Assembly: GCA_010093605.1 (NCBI GenBank)
Contig: MU004194.1
Span: 968,323-1,032,322, forward strand
Reading direction: 5' to 3'
Origin: Lophium mytilinum
Lineage: Eukaryota
DNA: 64,000 bases
Shown here piece by piece: positions 37,878 to 51,082 of this stretch; within the stretch, counting starts at the first letter, position 1, and each line of letters begins with the position of its first letter. A model generated the notes under the pieces. It was not told the origin of the DNA. It made no database searches and saw only the letters and a list, made by a program, of their open reading frames with translations. Position numbers and translations under genes: made by a program.

Positions 37878-39225
37878 ATGTCCATTCCGCGTAGATCACT
37901 CAGAACCTTCCTAATCACCGCAAAAGACGCCATTCGAACCGCTGTAGACAACAGCCAAAAGATTACGTTCGTGATTGGCAACGAATCAGCCGGTACGGCC
38001 CAATCAGTAGACTCTTTGTCACTTCCACTAATTTGTAGATCTCGATTCTCTAACCTGCTCGATCCTGTATGCTTACCTCCGCTCAAGCTGTCCACCTCCT
38101 CATGCATTCACACCGCTCTTCGTCCCCGTCGCAAACATACCGGCCTCGGGGATACAGCTCCGTCCCGAGCTGCTTGCCCTTCTGCCCCACGCGGACATCG
38201 AGGAAAAGCATTTGATTACGCTGGATGACATACCCGAGCTATCTAGCATCAAGTCGAGATTACGCCCGGAGAATACCAAATGGATACTGGTGGACCACAA
38301 TGCGTTACAGGGGACGCTTGGCAGCATATACTCGGAACGAGTCGGAGGAGTCATTGACCACCACGATGAAGAGAACAAGGTTTCGGCAGACACCGCTGAT
38401 GAGCCTCGCATCATCGAGAAGGCAGGCAGCTGCACAAGCTTGGTCACAGAATACTGTCGTGGAGCATGGGATGCCATATCAGATACGAAGCTGTCATCTG
38501 GCGCAGCTCATGCACAGGGCGACGAAGCGGTAGGAGATGGAGCGGTGAGAACCCTATGGGACGCGCAAGTTGCGCAGCTCGGACTGGCCAGCATCTTGAT
38601 AGACACATCCAATCTGCAGTCGAAAGAGAAAACCACTGGACACGACGTCACCGCGGCTGAGTATCTCGAGGCCAAAATCATGGCCTGCACGCAGGTAGCC
38701 GGCGGATTTGACAGGACCAAGTTTTACAAGGAGATCGATACGGCGAAGAAAAATATTGGGGGCCTCAAGCTGCAGGACATACTAAGAAAAGACTATAAGC
38801 AGTGGACAGAAGGGGGTCTGAAACTCGGCATCAGCTCAGTGGTCAAATCCCTAAATTTCTTGCAGGAAAAGGCCCAAGCAGAAGCGAATGGGCGGTCCAC
38901 TGCAGATGCTTTCTACTCAGCCGTGCGCGAATTCGCAGACGAACAGGAGCTTGATATGTACGCCATCATGACAACGTCGACGTCCCCCGAGGGCAATTTC
39001 CAACGCGAGCTTCTACTTTGGGCATTCACGGCTGACACCGTAGCCACTGCCCAGAAGTTTGAAACGAATGCCACGGGTGAATTGGGGCTCGAGAGCTGGC
39101 ACGGCTCGGACGGCAGGTCTCACGATGAGGACAGCGAGAAGGATTGGAGAAAGGTGTGGCGGCAACGCAGTGTCCAGCACAGCAGAAAGCGGGTCGCGCC
39201 GTTGCTCAGGGAAGCCATGAGTTGA
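37878..39225 (+). CDS. PPX1: Exopolyphosphatase (DHH/DHHA2 family)
   Basis: VIGNESA|DLDS, VDHNAL, IDHHDE, GSCTSLV, ILIDT, LRKDYKQW, SRKRVAPLL; intron near 37993-38038. Confidence 0.93.
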
Positions 39226-40905
39226 AACAAGCACCAGGCAGGTAAGCAGATATACGGAGTTCAGAGGGCGCGATACGCGCTCAGCACCGACCTCTCACAA
39301 GCTCGAAGTCGGTTTCGTCGGTCGAGGGTTCTGCAAGACACACCCGAGAGAGATGTGGCGGGAGATCAGCGGTCCGCTTGCTTGATTAGCAGCACGTTAG
39401 GTTCCAACGACAGGTTGGGCGATTCGCACAGTGGCCCAAAATGCAATGCACTGGATGCCCAAGAAGAAAGTCGATTGAGCGCTGAGGGTTTGTGCCGATC
39501 AGAGGGGACAGTGGAGATGCTGGGCTCGCAAACCCCCTTCCGCAAGACTCGTTTGGATGGCAGGCCTGTCCCGGAAATGGACTCGAAGCACGAGTAAGGG
39601 GCCAGGATGATTGGAAATGGAAGCAATGAAATCTTTAATCTACCTAAATCTAATCTTTTACGAAGGGAAACGAATGGCTGGAGGCAGGTGGCAGTACGGG
39701 GAGACGCACGCAAGCGGGACCACGCCTGGAGAAAGCAGTACCATGTAGGCAGCCGGCAGGACGATGCCGATGTCTAGTTCTTGCGCTGATACACAGATTC
39801 GGAGGGGTGCAGGCAGGGCGGACAGGTCTCGCCAGCGTCGGCCGTTGATTGCGCGCGGTCAATCGCACGCGGGTTTAGGTTTCAATCTAACGACGCGCCT
39901 CTGGATGCTTAGGGAAACAGTCGTTCTGCACTGGCGTGCAGGAGTGACAGGCTGGCTTGCATGCATCTCTCTGCCAGCACATCAACCTCGTGCAGGGCCG
40001 ATCTGCCTGAACCACTGGCGACCCGCAACTTTGAGCGCCTGCGACGGCTTTCGTGCCGCGAAGGGGTCCGCAGAGGCCGTCGCGAAGGGGTCTGGAGAGC
40101 GACAAAAGGGACTGCTGTGGGCGCCGACGTCGGGCTGGGTCGCAGAAGAGGTCGCCAGGGCTGCCAGGCTGCTGAAGCCACCCGCGGCGGAATCTGGAGC
40201 TCGACAGCGCAGACTTGGCCGCGGACCAGGTGGCGGAGCGGGGATGGAGCCTGGTGGGCCTCCAGCTGCACCGCCAGAAGAGCCTGAGGCCCGGCTTCAG
40301 TGGTGGTGAGCATCGTGGGATTGTTCTGCACCGCGTGGCCGTGGCGGACTGCAGGCAGCCCGAAGCGTCTGGGAGGGCTCCACGGTGCCTCTCTGTGTGG
40401 CCTGTCAGCGCCGGGCAGGCTTCGTGAACAGCGCAGCTTCGGCGTCGTGATTCGCGCGTGCCCACGCAGTGTGTGCTGGCCTGCTGCAAGTCATCGGCCT
40501 CCATGTCCAACCTCCCATGCCAGCCCTCTCCTGCTCGCGCTGAAAGGCCTCTCCAGGGCGGTCAGTCGCCACCGCTGCCGTCCAATCTGCCTGCTCGCCG
40601 ACGAACTTCTGCATCCTGCCATCTCGCTGTCGCCATCGCGTCGCATCGCCGCCGTCGCTGTGCCCGCGCCTGTGCGGTTGTCTGCTTGTGTCGAGTCAAG
40701 ACACGCCGCCGCGTCTCGCCCTATCGATAACGGCGGCTGCCAGCACATCTGCCTCTCCACCACCTTCCAGCCAACTCCAACGCGACTCCGGCCATGCTGC
40801 CGTAGACGACGCTGCCCTGACAGCGCGCCCATTGCAATAGAGCCTCGCGATTCCTGATGGCGCAGCATGATTAGAAGAAACGACCACTCCGCCTCGCCGG
40901 CGGCC

Positions 40906-43900
40906 ATGCTACACTCTACTCCTCGTATGTGGACCACTGCTCTCCCTCTTCCCGCCCTCCTCAAACCTTCTCCCCCGTGCGCCCAATAGACTGCTCCGTG
41001 CGAGAATGCGCACTGTACGATGAGCTGGCATGAGCTAACTGAGCCCTCCGAGTAGCCGTGTCCCCAACCCTCACCCACGTCTCTTCTAGAACCCATACCC
41101 CCTCGCAGTCCGACGTCCATGACCCTCCTCGAGAAGTCCCTCTCCGGTCTGCCAGTCCGCCACGGTCGCCCTCTCCGTCAAACACCGCCTCAACCATGGG
41201 AAGTCGACCTGGCGGACCCCTTGACCATGACCGGACAGCCAACGCCCAGCGGCCTGCCATCAATGCCTCCATCTCTGCTCCCGCCGGCCGCCTCCCACGC
41301 CTCCTCCCGCAAGACCTATCGCAGTATGCCGAATCGTACTTGCCCACTGCAGCTGTCACAACCTCATCCACTTCTCTCGCCGAGTTGGCACATCTGATCC
41401 GACTCCAAGGCTACCAGGAGCAGCGCAAGGCTCACTCCCGTGTTAGGCTTCACAGATGGCTGGTGGCAAGCGCCCTCTCTGCGCGTCTGGTACACTGCGG
41501 AGAGCTGGCCCACCGCACTTTGGTTGACAGCTTCAGGTCTGATGATAAGAAAAACTTTGCTACGCTTTATAATGCCCTTCACGACGTTCGGAACTCTTGC
41601 GACGCCACGAGACGCTATGCATTGCTGGAGCCCGATTTGGAATTTGGAATGTCTAAAAGTGCACGGAATGAAAAGTCGCAGTCGTTTTCTACGTTTATCA
41701 ATGAGGTTCCGTCCAAGATTTTAGACGAGCTGCTCGATTTCGTCTCTGAAATCCGCACGAACCCAGGTTTTCTTGCTACTCGCATTTTGAATTTGTCACA
41801 GCAGGAGCTAGCTTCTTTAACGTCATTTCGTCAAGCGTTGGATCCTATTGATTCCGTCATGGCGTTACAGGCTCGAGGTAAGGTTGTTGGTTCGGCCCCG
41901 AAGCCTTCTCAGCCCTCAAGCTCCAGTCCAGTAGAGCGTCTACTGTCTTTTCAACGGCATGATCCTCTTTCTGCTCTCATCTATACCATCTTTGCAAATT
42001 CCTCCGGCCCAGATTCCGCGGAGGATCTTCGCCGAACGGATGCCATGGCCACTACGTGTGCGAGGCTCATCACCGAAGGGAAACCCGGAAGTGACAAGTT
42101 CATCAAGCATGTCCTGGATGCCTGGGCCGGTATGCGGGAGTGGCCTGGAAAGGCCAATTTGGAGCTCTACCTAATGCAGGTTCTCCAGGATGGCCAGTTC
42201 CTGATGGAGAAAGCCGAGGACCAGCCAGCGAGGCCAGGGACGCAGCCGGTCCCGCGGAGCACCAAGGATACCATTGCTGCTGACGACTTCTACGACAAGG
42301 CCATCAAGAGACTTTTCGAGGTTGTTGACGATGAGCCAAGCGCGGGAGGTATCCCGGAAGGTGTTCTAGAGATTGGTACTGCCATTCTCCGTAAACTTGA
42401 AGACTCGAACAAGCATCGCACCGCAGCACGAACTTTCATTGTGTCTCGTTGGTTCTTTTCCACCTACTTGTTGAACGCAATCATTCATCCAGAGGCATGT
42501 CTCACTTTATTCTCGTCCATCCTTGGGTTCTCGTACTGACTCAAAATAGAGCCAGGGTATTATGACTGGTCATCACATCAGCGAGCATGCGCGTCAAAAG
42601 ATTCTCAAAGAGATTGCTATCAGGGCTCAGAAGCAGGTATTAGACATGACTTACAATTGGTATGACTGCGCTCTTCGTTCTCAAAAAACAACGCTAATGG
42701 ACCGATAGGAAACAAGCTGTTCCCATACTTCCCGAAATACGTACTCATATCGACAACATTCTTGGCCGCTTCAAGCACACTCGCAATCCGTCAAAGCCTG
42801 TCCTTCTTCCCGCCAAAGCCATTACCTCTCCCCGCGAGACGGTAGAGGTTCAGCCTTTCATCGTTGTTTGCCCTTCGGACATCATTACTTTGGTCAACAC
42901 GCTGTTTCCGGAACGTCGTCCTCCATCTAGTCATTTCGAAAAAGATTTGCAACGACGTGGGGGGCTAGCATCCTCCGCTTCGTCGATTTCTGGAGTTTCG
43001 TTACCCTTCCACCCCAATTCAGTCTCCGGAGATGCAAGCTCTGTACTTAGCATTAGCGCGTCGTCAATGACGAGCGATACCACATCGCGAGAGCCGCTTC
43101 TAGACTCTTCGGGTCACCCTATCGAGAGACACCCATTACTCCCAGGAGAAAATTACCATGAGCTGCCCAAGATTGCACCGACAGAAGACTATGGAAGGCG
43201 CCTGAGAATGGCTTGCTCTGAAATGTCTCGTATCCTTGGTGCGGAAGCGTCCTCGGGGTCTTGCCACCCATGCGCAGAACGATGGGCCGTTCTTTATGTT
43301 TCTCCGGATGGCAAAGAACTCCGAACTCGAATGCGGAAAGATGCTGATGATGAAGATGAGCACGACGAAGATTCACCAGACAGTGACAGTGAAGACGAGG
43401 GGCCGTCGGACAGGATCGACCTGGAGAGCGATTATCATCAGCTGAAGGAGGCAATCGGAAAGCTGGTCGAGGAATACGAGATTCCGAAGGAACTCGCACC
43501 CGAAAGCGAATCCAAAGGCTTCAGTAACCGCACTTCGACGCATCGCCGGGATGCGAGGAAGAACTTGGTCCGATCAGAAAGTGACAACCTCTCTTCAAGA
43601 AACCCATACCACAACCAGAGTCAAAGTCAGCTCACCAATCTGATTGCAAGTCAGCGATCTATGCCAGCCCGACATCGATCACCACAACATCCAAGAAGCA
43701 ACAGCAACCCAGATTCGAAGGATGCTGCGCAAGACAAAGCATCAGTACTCGTTACGATGCTTGAAGTGGCAATGCATCAATGTCAAGCTCGGTCAGACTT
43801 TGTCAGCGCACACCTTTATTACAAGACCCTACAGACCCTTCGAAAGCTTTCATCTCCGTCTCTCGTCCGAAATGGCTACTCTGCTCTTCTCAACTACTTC

Positions 43901-46348
43901 TCCAGAGGCCCACGGGACTCTCTCGGGAAGTCAGCTAGCGCCATCGAGGAGTTTGAGGCCTGGTTCGTATGGCTTAAGCAATCCCAAGAGCGGCACGATA
44001 CTGCGATTGATGACATGATACTGGGCTTAAAGAACCTTCGCGACAAGATGTGGTATATCACCGACGTCCGCAACTCTGCCGGCTACGAAGAAGCCAAGAA
44101 CGTTGCTATCGCCCTAAAAATAATGGGACAGCCGACCAAGACGCTCGATGGCAAGCCAATCCAGACTCCTCGACCCCGCAACTTCTCCAAGTCTTCCACC
44201 AATAATTTCTTGCTCAAGACTGAAGCTCAAGTCGTCGATCTCATGGCGGCTAATTCAGATCATGGTGGTCCTAACAAGCTAGCCGACGAGCAATCCGAGC
44301 TGACCCTCCGCTGGCTCACACAGTACAGTGTCGAGAATTTCTGCAAGGGCGAGGAAAGGATTCATCGATTTTGTCTTGAAATCGACAAATGCGTCAACAA
44401 GCTTGTTGGCGACGGCATTCTCGACGGTCCAGTCCTGTGGTCGTCGGAACTCTACCGCCGTGATAAAGAGATACTTGACAGCGGTCGGCAAAAGGGTGAT
44501 CTTTTCCTGACTGGCGTGGGAACGCTGTCAATTGCCGGCGACGAAGAATACGAAACGCAGCATAACCGTCCAGGCTCGCGAAGCTTAGACTTCGCCCAAC
44601 GTCCTAGTCAAAGCAGTCTGCGTTCGATCTCGGACCGTAATGTATCTCAGCAAAGTTTCGAGTCTGGCAAATTTGGCTCGGGGAGAAATATGGACTTGAT
44701 GGATTCCCAAGATTACTTCGGAGGCTCAAGTCCCGTGCTTACCATTGATTCTACAACGACTTTCTGGTCTCCCTTCCAAACGCAAGCTCAGTCACCTACA
44801 AGTGCGACCAGCATTAGGCCTCGGACCGCATCGTCCTCGAAAGGAACAGTGATGCTCAAGCAATCAGCCACCGTGAATGAGGACAAGCGCCGATTCTTGC
44901 TGGATCTCAAGCAAACATTGACAGGCCTGCTTCTCAGTGATCTTGGGACTATGGTGTTTGGTCATGGTAGCGAGACGGACGCGTGGTTCTCTGGTGATCT
45001 CGGGGAGGAGTGTATTCAACGCAAAGAGGAGGAGGATCGTCGGAGGAAGAGAGCTTTGGCGCGAAAGAAGAGTATGAAGAGCATGAAGAGTTCTGCTCGC
45101 GCCGAGCACCGTTCCGGACCTTTGGACACATTGGGTCGTAACGAACGGAGTCAGCCAGCGGCCCCAGTTGCAACACTTCAACACGCTGCACCGGACTCGC
45201 ACCACTCGGCTGGAGAGTATTCCACATCATCCAGTGATGCCACAGCCAGGTCCACGGGCATGGCTGCGGCCAAGAAAACCGGGCTACTCGAGTTCCCCTA
45301 CAACATGGCTTTCAGGCGTCTTTTGAACAAATTCGCCACGCATCCCAATCCTTTCTCGAAACTGCACGCCCTCTACGAGCTAGAACTCCTCATCATTGCA
45401 TCTTTGACGTCACGCTCGGGCCGATCTTACAACAGCCGTCGCGAGACGCTTCCGACAGTTCCTCAGTCGCCAACTCTTGGAGCAATGCCAGAACTCAGCT
45501 CTCGTGAGCCTGCCGCACATGTTTCACGTGCCCAGAACCTCGAGGAAGCCATCGCCAATTGCGAAGAGCGTCGATCGCACAGCATGACTGTTCAACACGG
45601 CAACGGCACTGCTTCTCCAGTTCCATTCCGCAGTGCTAGTGGCGCTGGAACTCGCTCCCCTGTCGGCCCACCCAGCACCGACATGATCGTGGAAGTCTTG
45701 CAAGGCTTGTTCCGTGACGCTGAGATTCGCCCCAAGACGCTCTTCCGTGACCTTCAGTACATCGCCTCCTTCGTCCCAGCTCAGATGCTCGACAAGACGG
45801 CCCGTGGCAAAGCCTTCTGGGACGCCGGTCTTGCTGCTCTAGGCTTGAAGCAAGACGTCTGCCGTGTCATGGTCGAAATCGCTGATGAGATCGTCGCCCT
45901 CAACACCCAGAACCGCTCCACCAGCATCTCAGCGCAGAGTCAAGGCAACGCGAGCCTTAGCACGCCATCCTCGACGAAACAAACGTCGTCGTCCCCCGCT
46001 ACTCCTATCCCTGCCGACGACCCACTTGCCCGCTACACGATGGAAGATGCAGCACGCATGCTTATCATTACCGCCAAGGAGGGAGACGCTGTAGCAGAGC
46101 GTGAACTCGCCATCTTCTACCTCACGCACCCAGATCTCCTTCAGCGGACCGTCTTGCCGCTGACGAAGCCGCGTGATGTTTTCAAGAGCGAGCTATTGAA
46201 CAGAGATCGCAAGAGGGAAGACATGGCTCGCAGCGACCCGATGACGATGTGTGTTGCGCAGCACTGGATGGAAATGAGCAAGAAGGGTGGCGATGTGCTC
46301 GCCACCAAGTATCTGCGAGCCCGCGACGAGATGGAGAGGATTCCGTAG
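40906..46348 (+). CDS. Large (~1,735 aa) protein; proposed RasGAP-like + VPS9-like + SEL1-like architecture (GAPVD1/RME-6-like)
   Basis: Exons 40906-40924, 41056-42494, 42550-42659, 42709-46348 form one frame (in-frame upstream ATG also at 40867); the second intron is GC-AG. The gene model is solid; the domain calls are by eye. Confidence 0.8.
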
Positions 46349-47424
46349 ATATGCGCAGAGGAAGAAGAAAGGAGAGATACATGGTGGTGTTGATATTGGC
46401 CGGGACAGAGTTCCTGATAATTGGGATCGAATGGGATTGGGTGAGAGGGCGATACCTTTTTTCCTATACCCCTCCCCCTTCCTCATCTCTCCTTCATCTT
46501 GTTTTGTTTTCATTTTTTTATATGAAGTTGCGCGGCATAGCGATTAGGATCGGGTTTGCACAAAGCGAGCGTCCAAGCGTGCGGGTTCTAGCATTATTCC
46601 CCCTCCCTCACCCTTGATGAATTGGTTTTGATACATTCTGAGCTTGTTCATGGTTGTCGGGCTTTTTTCAATAACGCGGCAAGGAAACGCAAACGTAATC
46701 AATTTCCTTTTTCTTCATTGCTTCGTTTCATATATGGGTGTCGGTGCCGGGGGGCTTTTGGACGTATATTATTTTTTGTGTTTCTTCTTGTGCGAATAGA
46801 TTTTGGGCTTGGATACGGATGGGATTGGGGTGGGCTCATGGTTGAAAAGATGAAGAAGACGGTGTGCGTTCACGAGTCCCCTTTGGAGTGTTCTAGCTGG
46901 GAGATGGGGGGTGGATTGGAGATGAGGGTGGATGGAGATGGGGTGAAGTGCGAGAGGGACTAGCTATATACCTTTATCGTATACCATGTTACACTTTGTG
47001 GCTCTTCTGCGTGTGATGTTGGCGTGTATGGGAACTGTATCTGCTAGGTATGTACACCACTGGGCCATCAGTCTAGGCACGCGGACTGACTGCTGCTTGG
47101 CTCCGATCCTGCGCACACTGGTATTCTGAGGTTATATACGGTTAAGGCGCCAGCGGCATTCTGCGTAAAGGCATTGCCGAACGTTGCACCCGTATACGCT
47201 GCAGGGACGTCCATTAGAGTGTGTTGGTATCTTGTTTAGGGATACGAATCGTGTTGCTGGCTAGGGGGGGCAGCGCAGCTTGCGTCCACCGCAAAGCTCT
47301 CTAGAACTAGAGGCACCTAAGCTAACTCGACATGACTTATACGGAGAGTAATGTCTAAAGTCGATATCAAAGCTGCTTAAAGCGTACAGAGTTATTGCAA
47401 AGACCTTACTAGCCTTGGTCGACT

Positions 47425-48259
47425 TTAGGTTGTAATACCAAGTAGTAGGGCAATCTCAGTGTCTCCGGATAGCAAGTCTCCGGGCGTACTCCCATTGCAG
47501 TTCTCCAGCTTAGGATCTGCCCCGTTCTCGACTAACCGCCGCACAGCCTCAACGTGACTAAGCACAGCAGCAACGTGAAGCGCAGCGCCTGGCGGGCCAT
47601 CAAGGTCCTTCTTGTCAAAGCACTCATTCAAGTCGGCTCCGTATCGCAACAAAGCTTTCAGCACATCGACGCGACCGGACCACGCAGCAGCGCGCTGGGC
47701 CTTTGACTTCGCGACAATAGCACCATGTTGCAGCAAACACTCGACCATCTCCCAGCAGGCGTACTTGGATGCTTTGTATAGGTGCGTCCAACGTTTATCT
47801 CCGGGCAAACGCTGATTGGGGTCGGACCCCCATGTCCATCATATGACGCAGGAGTGGAAGACGCACTCGGGCGTCGCGTTTAGAACCATAGCACACAGTG
47901 TCGAGAATATGATGACCCATTGGCATTCGGGTCAAGAAGACCTCGGACTGCAGGCGCCGGAGGACAAGTAGAAGATCAAATGCGTCTATCACTTGGTGGA
48001 GTGCGGTCTTCACGACATTCCTAGTAATCATGTATGGGGCGGCGACGCCTAGCTGCTGGCCGAAGTCGAGGCGAGCTGAGTGGAGGTCTACGTGACCACC
48101 TCGTGCTGTGGCTGCAAGCATGCGCTCGAGGATGAGGTACTTTTGTGTTACGGCGGGAAAGACTATTTCTGGCCAACGAACGACGGCTTCCTCCACTAAG
48201 AACGATCAGGGGTGTTGCATTGTCTTGGAGTAATGGAAAAAGCTGCTCATGTTCTCCAT
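47425..48259 (-). pseudogene. Disrupted ankyrin-repeat gene
   Basis: Ankyrin motifs (EMVECLLQHGA, AAWSGRVDVLKALLRYGADLN, ALHVAA...LVENGADP); in-frame TGA at 48206-48208 and a one-base frameshift in the C5 run at 47827-47831. Confidence 0.75.
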
Positions 48260-49818
48260 TCTCACAGAGAGCAAAGAAGACGTGCTACTAGGGCTGAATA
48301 AGTCGCCATATCGGCTCGCAAGGAGACGCTTTGTGTTGCGTTATTTTGGGTGTGCAAACGAAGAAGAAATGAGGTGGTAGAACAATGACAAAAACTTGGA
48401 CTGGAGAGACTATTCGTTCTTCCTATGATTGTTTAGTCAATACCTATGTTCTCGCAGGGCTGAAGCGCCTCCGTGTACCTTCGTAAGGTGTAGTTCTCCG
48501 CTTGAGATAGGTGAAGGATCCTCTTTCGCGTGAATCCAGATTACTAGAGCTAGCGATACAATTCCAGATTTCAGAGTGGACCCTCCCGTAGCTGGTGGAT
48601 ATGACATTCGATGAAAGCGTAAATGGGACTCCGCTCATGTAGAATAAGGGTGTACCGATTCTCGGAAGAGAGCAAATGAATCAAGCTTCATGGCTAAGTA
48701 TCCACTAGACATCTAAGCCACTGATGTGCCGCAGGGCGTGTTTTGGAAGGAACTGCTGTGCCTCGCACCCTCGCATAGGCTGCACCAAACCAGGCGGCCC
48801 GCTCCCGCTTAGCAAGTTAGCTTTACAAGGGGTAGCTCAAGCTTCTGTTGTCCTCAGTTCATCAGTTCATCACTCCACTTTTCACCCTTAGCCTCTTTAA
48901 GGTGGGGTAGGCCGCCTCTTCGCCGTATGACTTCTAAGTTTTTCTTCTTTAAATCCGCTTACATACCATAGCGGCTCTCCAGGACTATGGAAGACGCTTA
49001 CGGCCGAGTCTGTCGCTGAATATCTTGAGCAGCCAATTCATTCAATGCGTAATCCCCATCTCCTCACAGAACGTATCCCGACCCCACACAGATCTCCCCT
49101 ATTGACTTAAGCACGAAAGCAGGGTCGCTACAAGGATAGCCTTCGGACATATTCCAAAATTCGAGAGGTAGACAGGATACGCATAGAGCTGGCTGATTCC
49201 TTAGCCTGTCGTAACGTAACATTCGGACTTTCTATTCAACACAGGGGCGTAAAGCGGCAGCCGTACACCGATTGAAATGCCTCGCAAAACTTCCAGGCTT
49301 CTCGGCGTTGTCCTTTTCCGATCTTTTATAAATTAATACGGGAGCTCAAGCGGAGGTACTAGGTACTGTACGAAAAGCCTGGCGTGCTGCCTGGCTGCTA
49401 TTTAGATGCAGTTGGCTGAGATGAGCGGGAAAATCTCAATAGCTTCCTATTTGAGGGTGGAGAAGTCTGGTCCGTTGTGGATCCTTCGGTGTTTCTTACG
49501 TGGAAACACGAGGTCGTGGTCCACTTTAGATGTTTGGAGCTACAGGAAACGAAACACTAGCCACCAAGACTTAAGCAGCTTGTGGAATAGCTTGAGCAAA
49601 CTATACAAATACGCCTAGGTAACGGAATTTCAAATAGAATGACTTCCTGAGATATAGAAATAGCAAGGCAACTACTCACCTCATAAGGCCGACTAAGTTC
49701 ACTGTTACTTTCCTTCAGTCATCAGCTCGTGCTGGTCACCGTCCTCTTCTATCACTCACATTCCTTCCCAGCCAATCAAAGTCGAAGCCAAATCTTGAAA
49801 CGAAATTTCTCAACTACT

Positions 49819-51082
49819 ATGCCCAACGCACTCTCGTGGCTCTTGCCGGCGTTGATGCTGGCTCGTAGTCACTTGGTCTATTCTGCTCCATATAAGCCTC
49901 TCCCAGCTGGGCGTGCCGTCACCGGCTCTTGGGCGGGCAGCAATCTTTACACCCTCCATGCGCTTCCCGCGGCGGACCAGAAGACTTACATTGAAACCTT
50001 GGCGGGAAGAGGTACTAAAGTCCTTCGACTCTGGGGTAAGTTACACTCGAAACCTCCTCAGTAGTGCTTGTCGCTCCCAATCCGTTAAGCAATCGTTCTA
50101 CAGTGGTCGGCGGCGACGCTGGATGCGTGAAAGGCAGCCCCGACGTCCAGAAGGTTGCCGATTTGGAAAGTACTGTCGGGACGTATGACACTTCAGTGCT
50201 AGACGCACTTGACAATACGCTCAAAATCATGGCGGACAACGGCATGAAGGCCATAATTTCGCCCCACAACGGGAACTCAATCGGTGGGTTCGCTTCCTGC
50301 GACGCCTATTGCACCAAGTTCGGGACCGGAACAAACTTCTATACGTCGGATGAAGCAAAGTCAGCCTATGATGCCCGCTTGAAGAAGATTGTAACCTACA
50401 ACTCGCCAAACTTTGGAAAAACCTGGGCCGAGCTTTCGGACGTTATTCTGGCATTTGACCTGCAGAACGAGCCTATGATCGGAGCGGTGGATTACATGAA
50501 CGGAAACGACGAGAGCGATTGGCTGTGTGGACGGGCTGGGAACCTCGAAGGCCTCATCAACGGATCAGGCGTCAAGATTGCCACGGGTGGAATAGGTGGA
50601 TCCCAGTACGATGGCCACGAGTTCAACTTGCTTGACAAGGCTCTCCGGTGCAGTGCGATAGACATCATGAGCGTCCACGGATACATGGGCACGGCGGCTA
50701 ACTGGGCGTACTTCGTTGGAGGTGACAAAGACGTGATATCGGCCGCGAAGAATGCTAACAAGCACGTCATGATTGAGGAGTGGGGTGTGGACTCGAAATC
50801 TACCGACAACTTCGATAAGCAGGTTGAAGTCTTCAACAAAGCTGGTATTCCATGGGTACGTTGAAGTTACTGGCTGCAGAATACATCTCGCATTGCTAAT
50901 TCCTACCGCAGCTGTACTGGCAGGTGATTCCCGGAAAAGACGAGACCGAATCGGGTCACCAGGAGGACTGTAGTTATGATGGGTACGAGATTGGACTCGC
51001 CAGTTCCAAGGGCGATGTTGCGGGAGCAATCAAGGCTGCTGATGCAGCGTCTGGCGCCCAGGACTGGACTGGCTTCCTCTAG
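49819..51082 (+). CDS. Secreted glycoside hydrolase family 5 (mannanase-like)
   Basis: Signal peptide; WAGSNLY, KVLRLW, acid/base LQNEP, SVHGY, nucleophile IEEWG, LYWQ; introns near 50036-50103 and 50856-50911. Confidence 0.9.

Noticed and set aside
39300..40860. Many overlapping 100-200-aa ORFs upstream of the large 40.9-kb gene
   Set aside because: High GC gives chance ORFs in all frames; more likely promoter and long 5' UTR.
48930..49620. Possible decayed gene on + (long frame with few TAA/TGA/TAG stops)
   Set aside because: No recognisable protein motif; stop density is not clearly different from chance.
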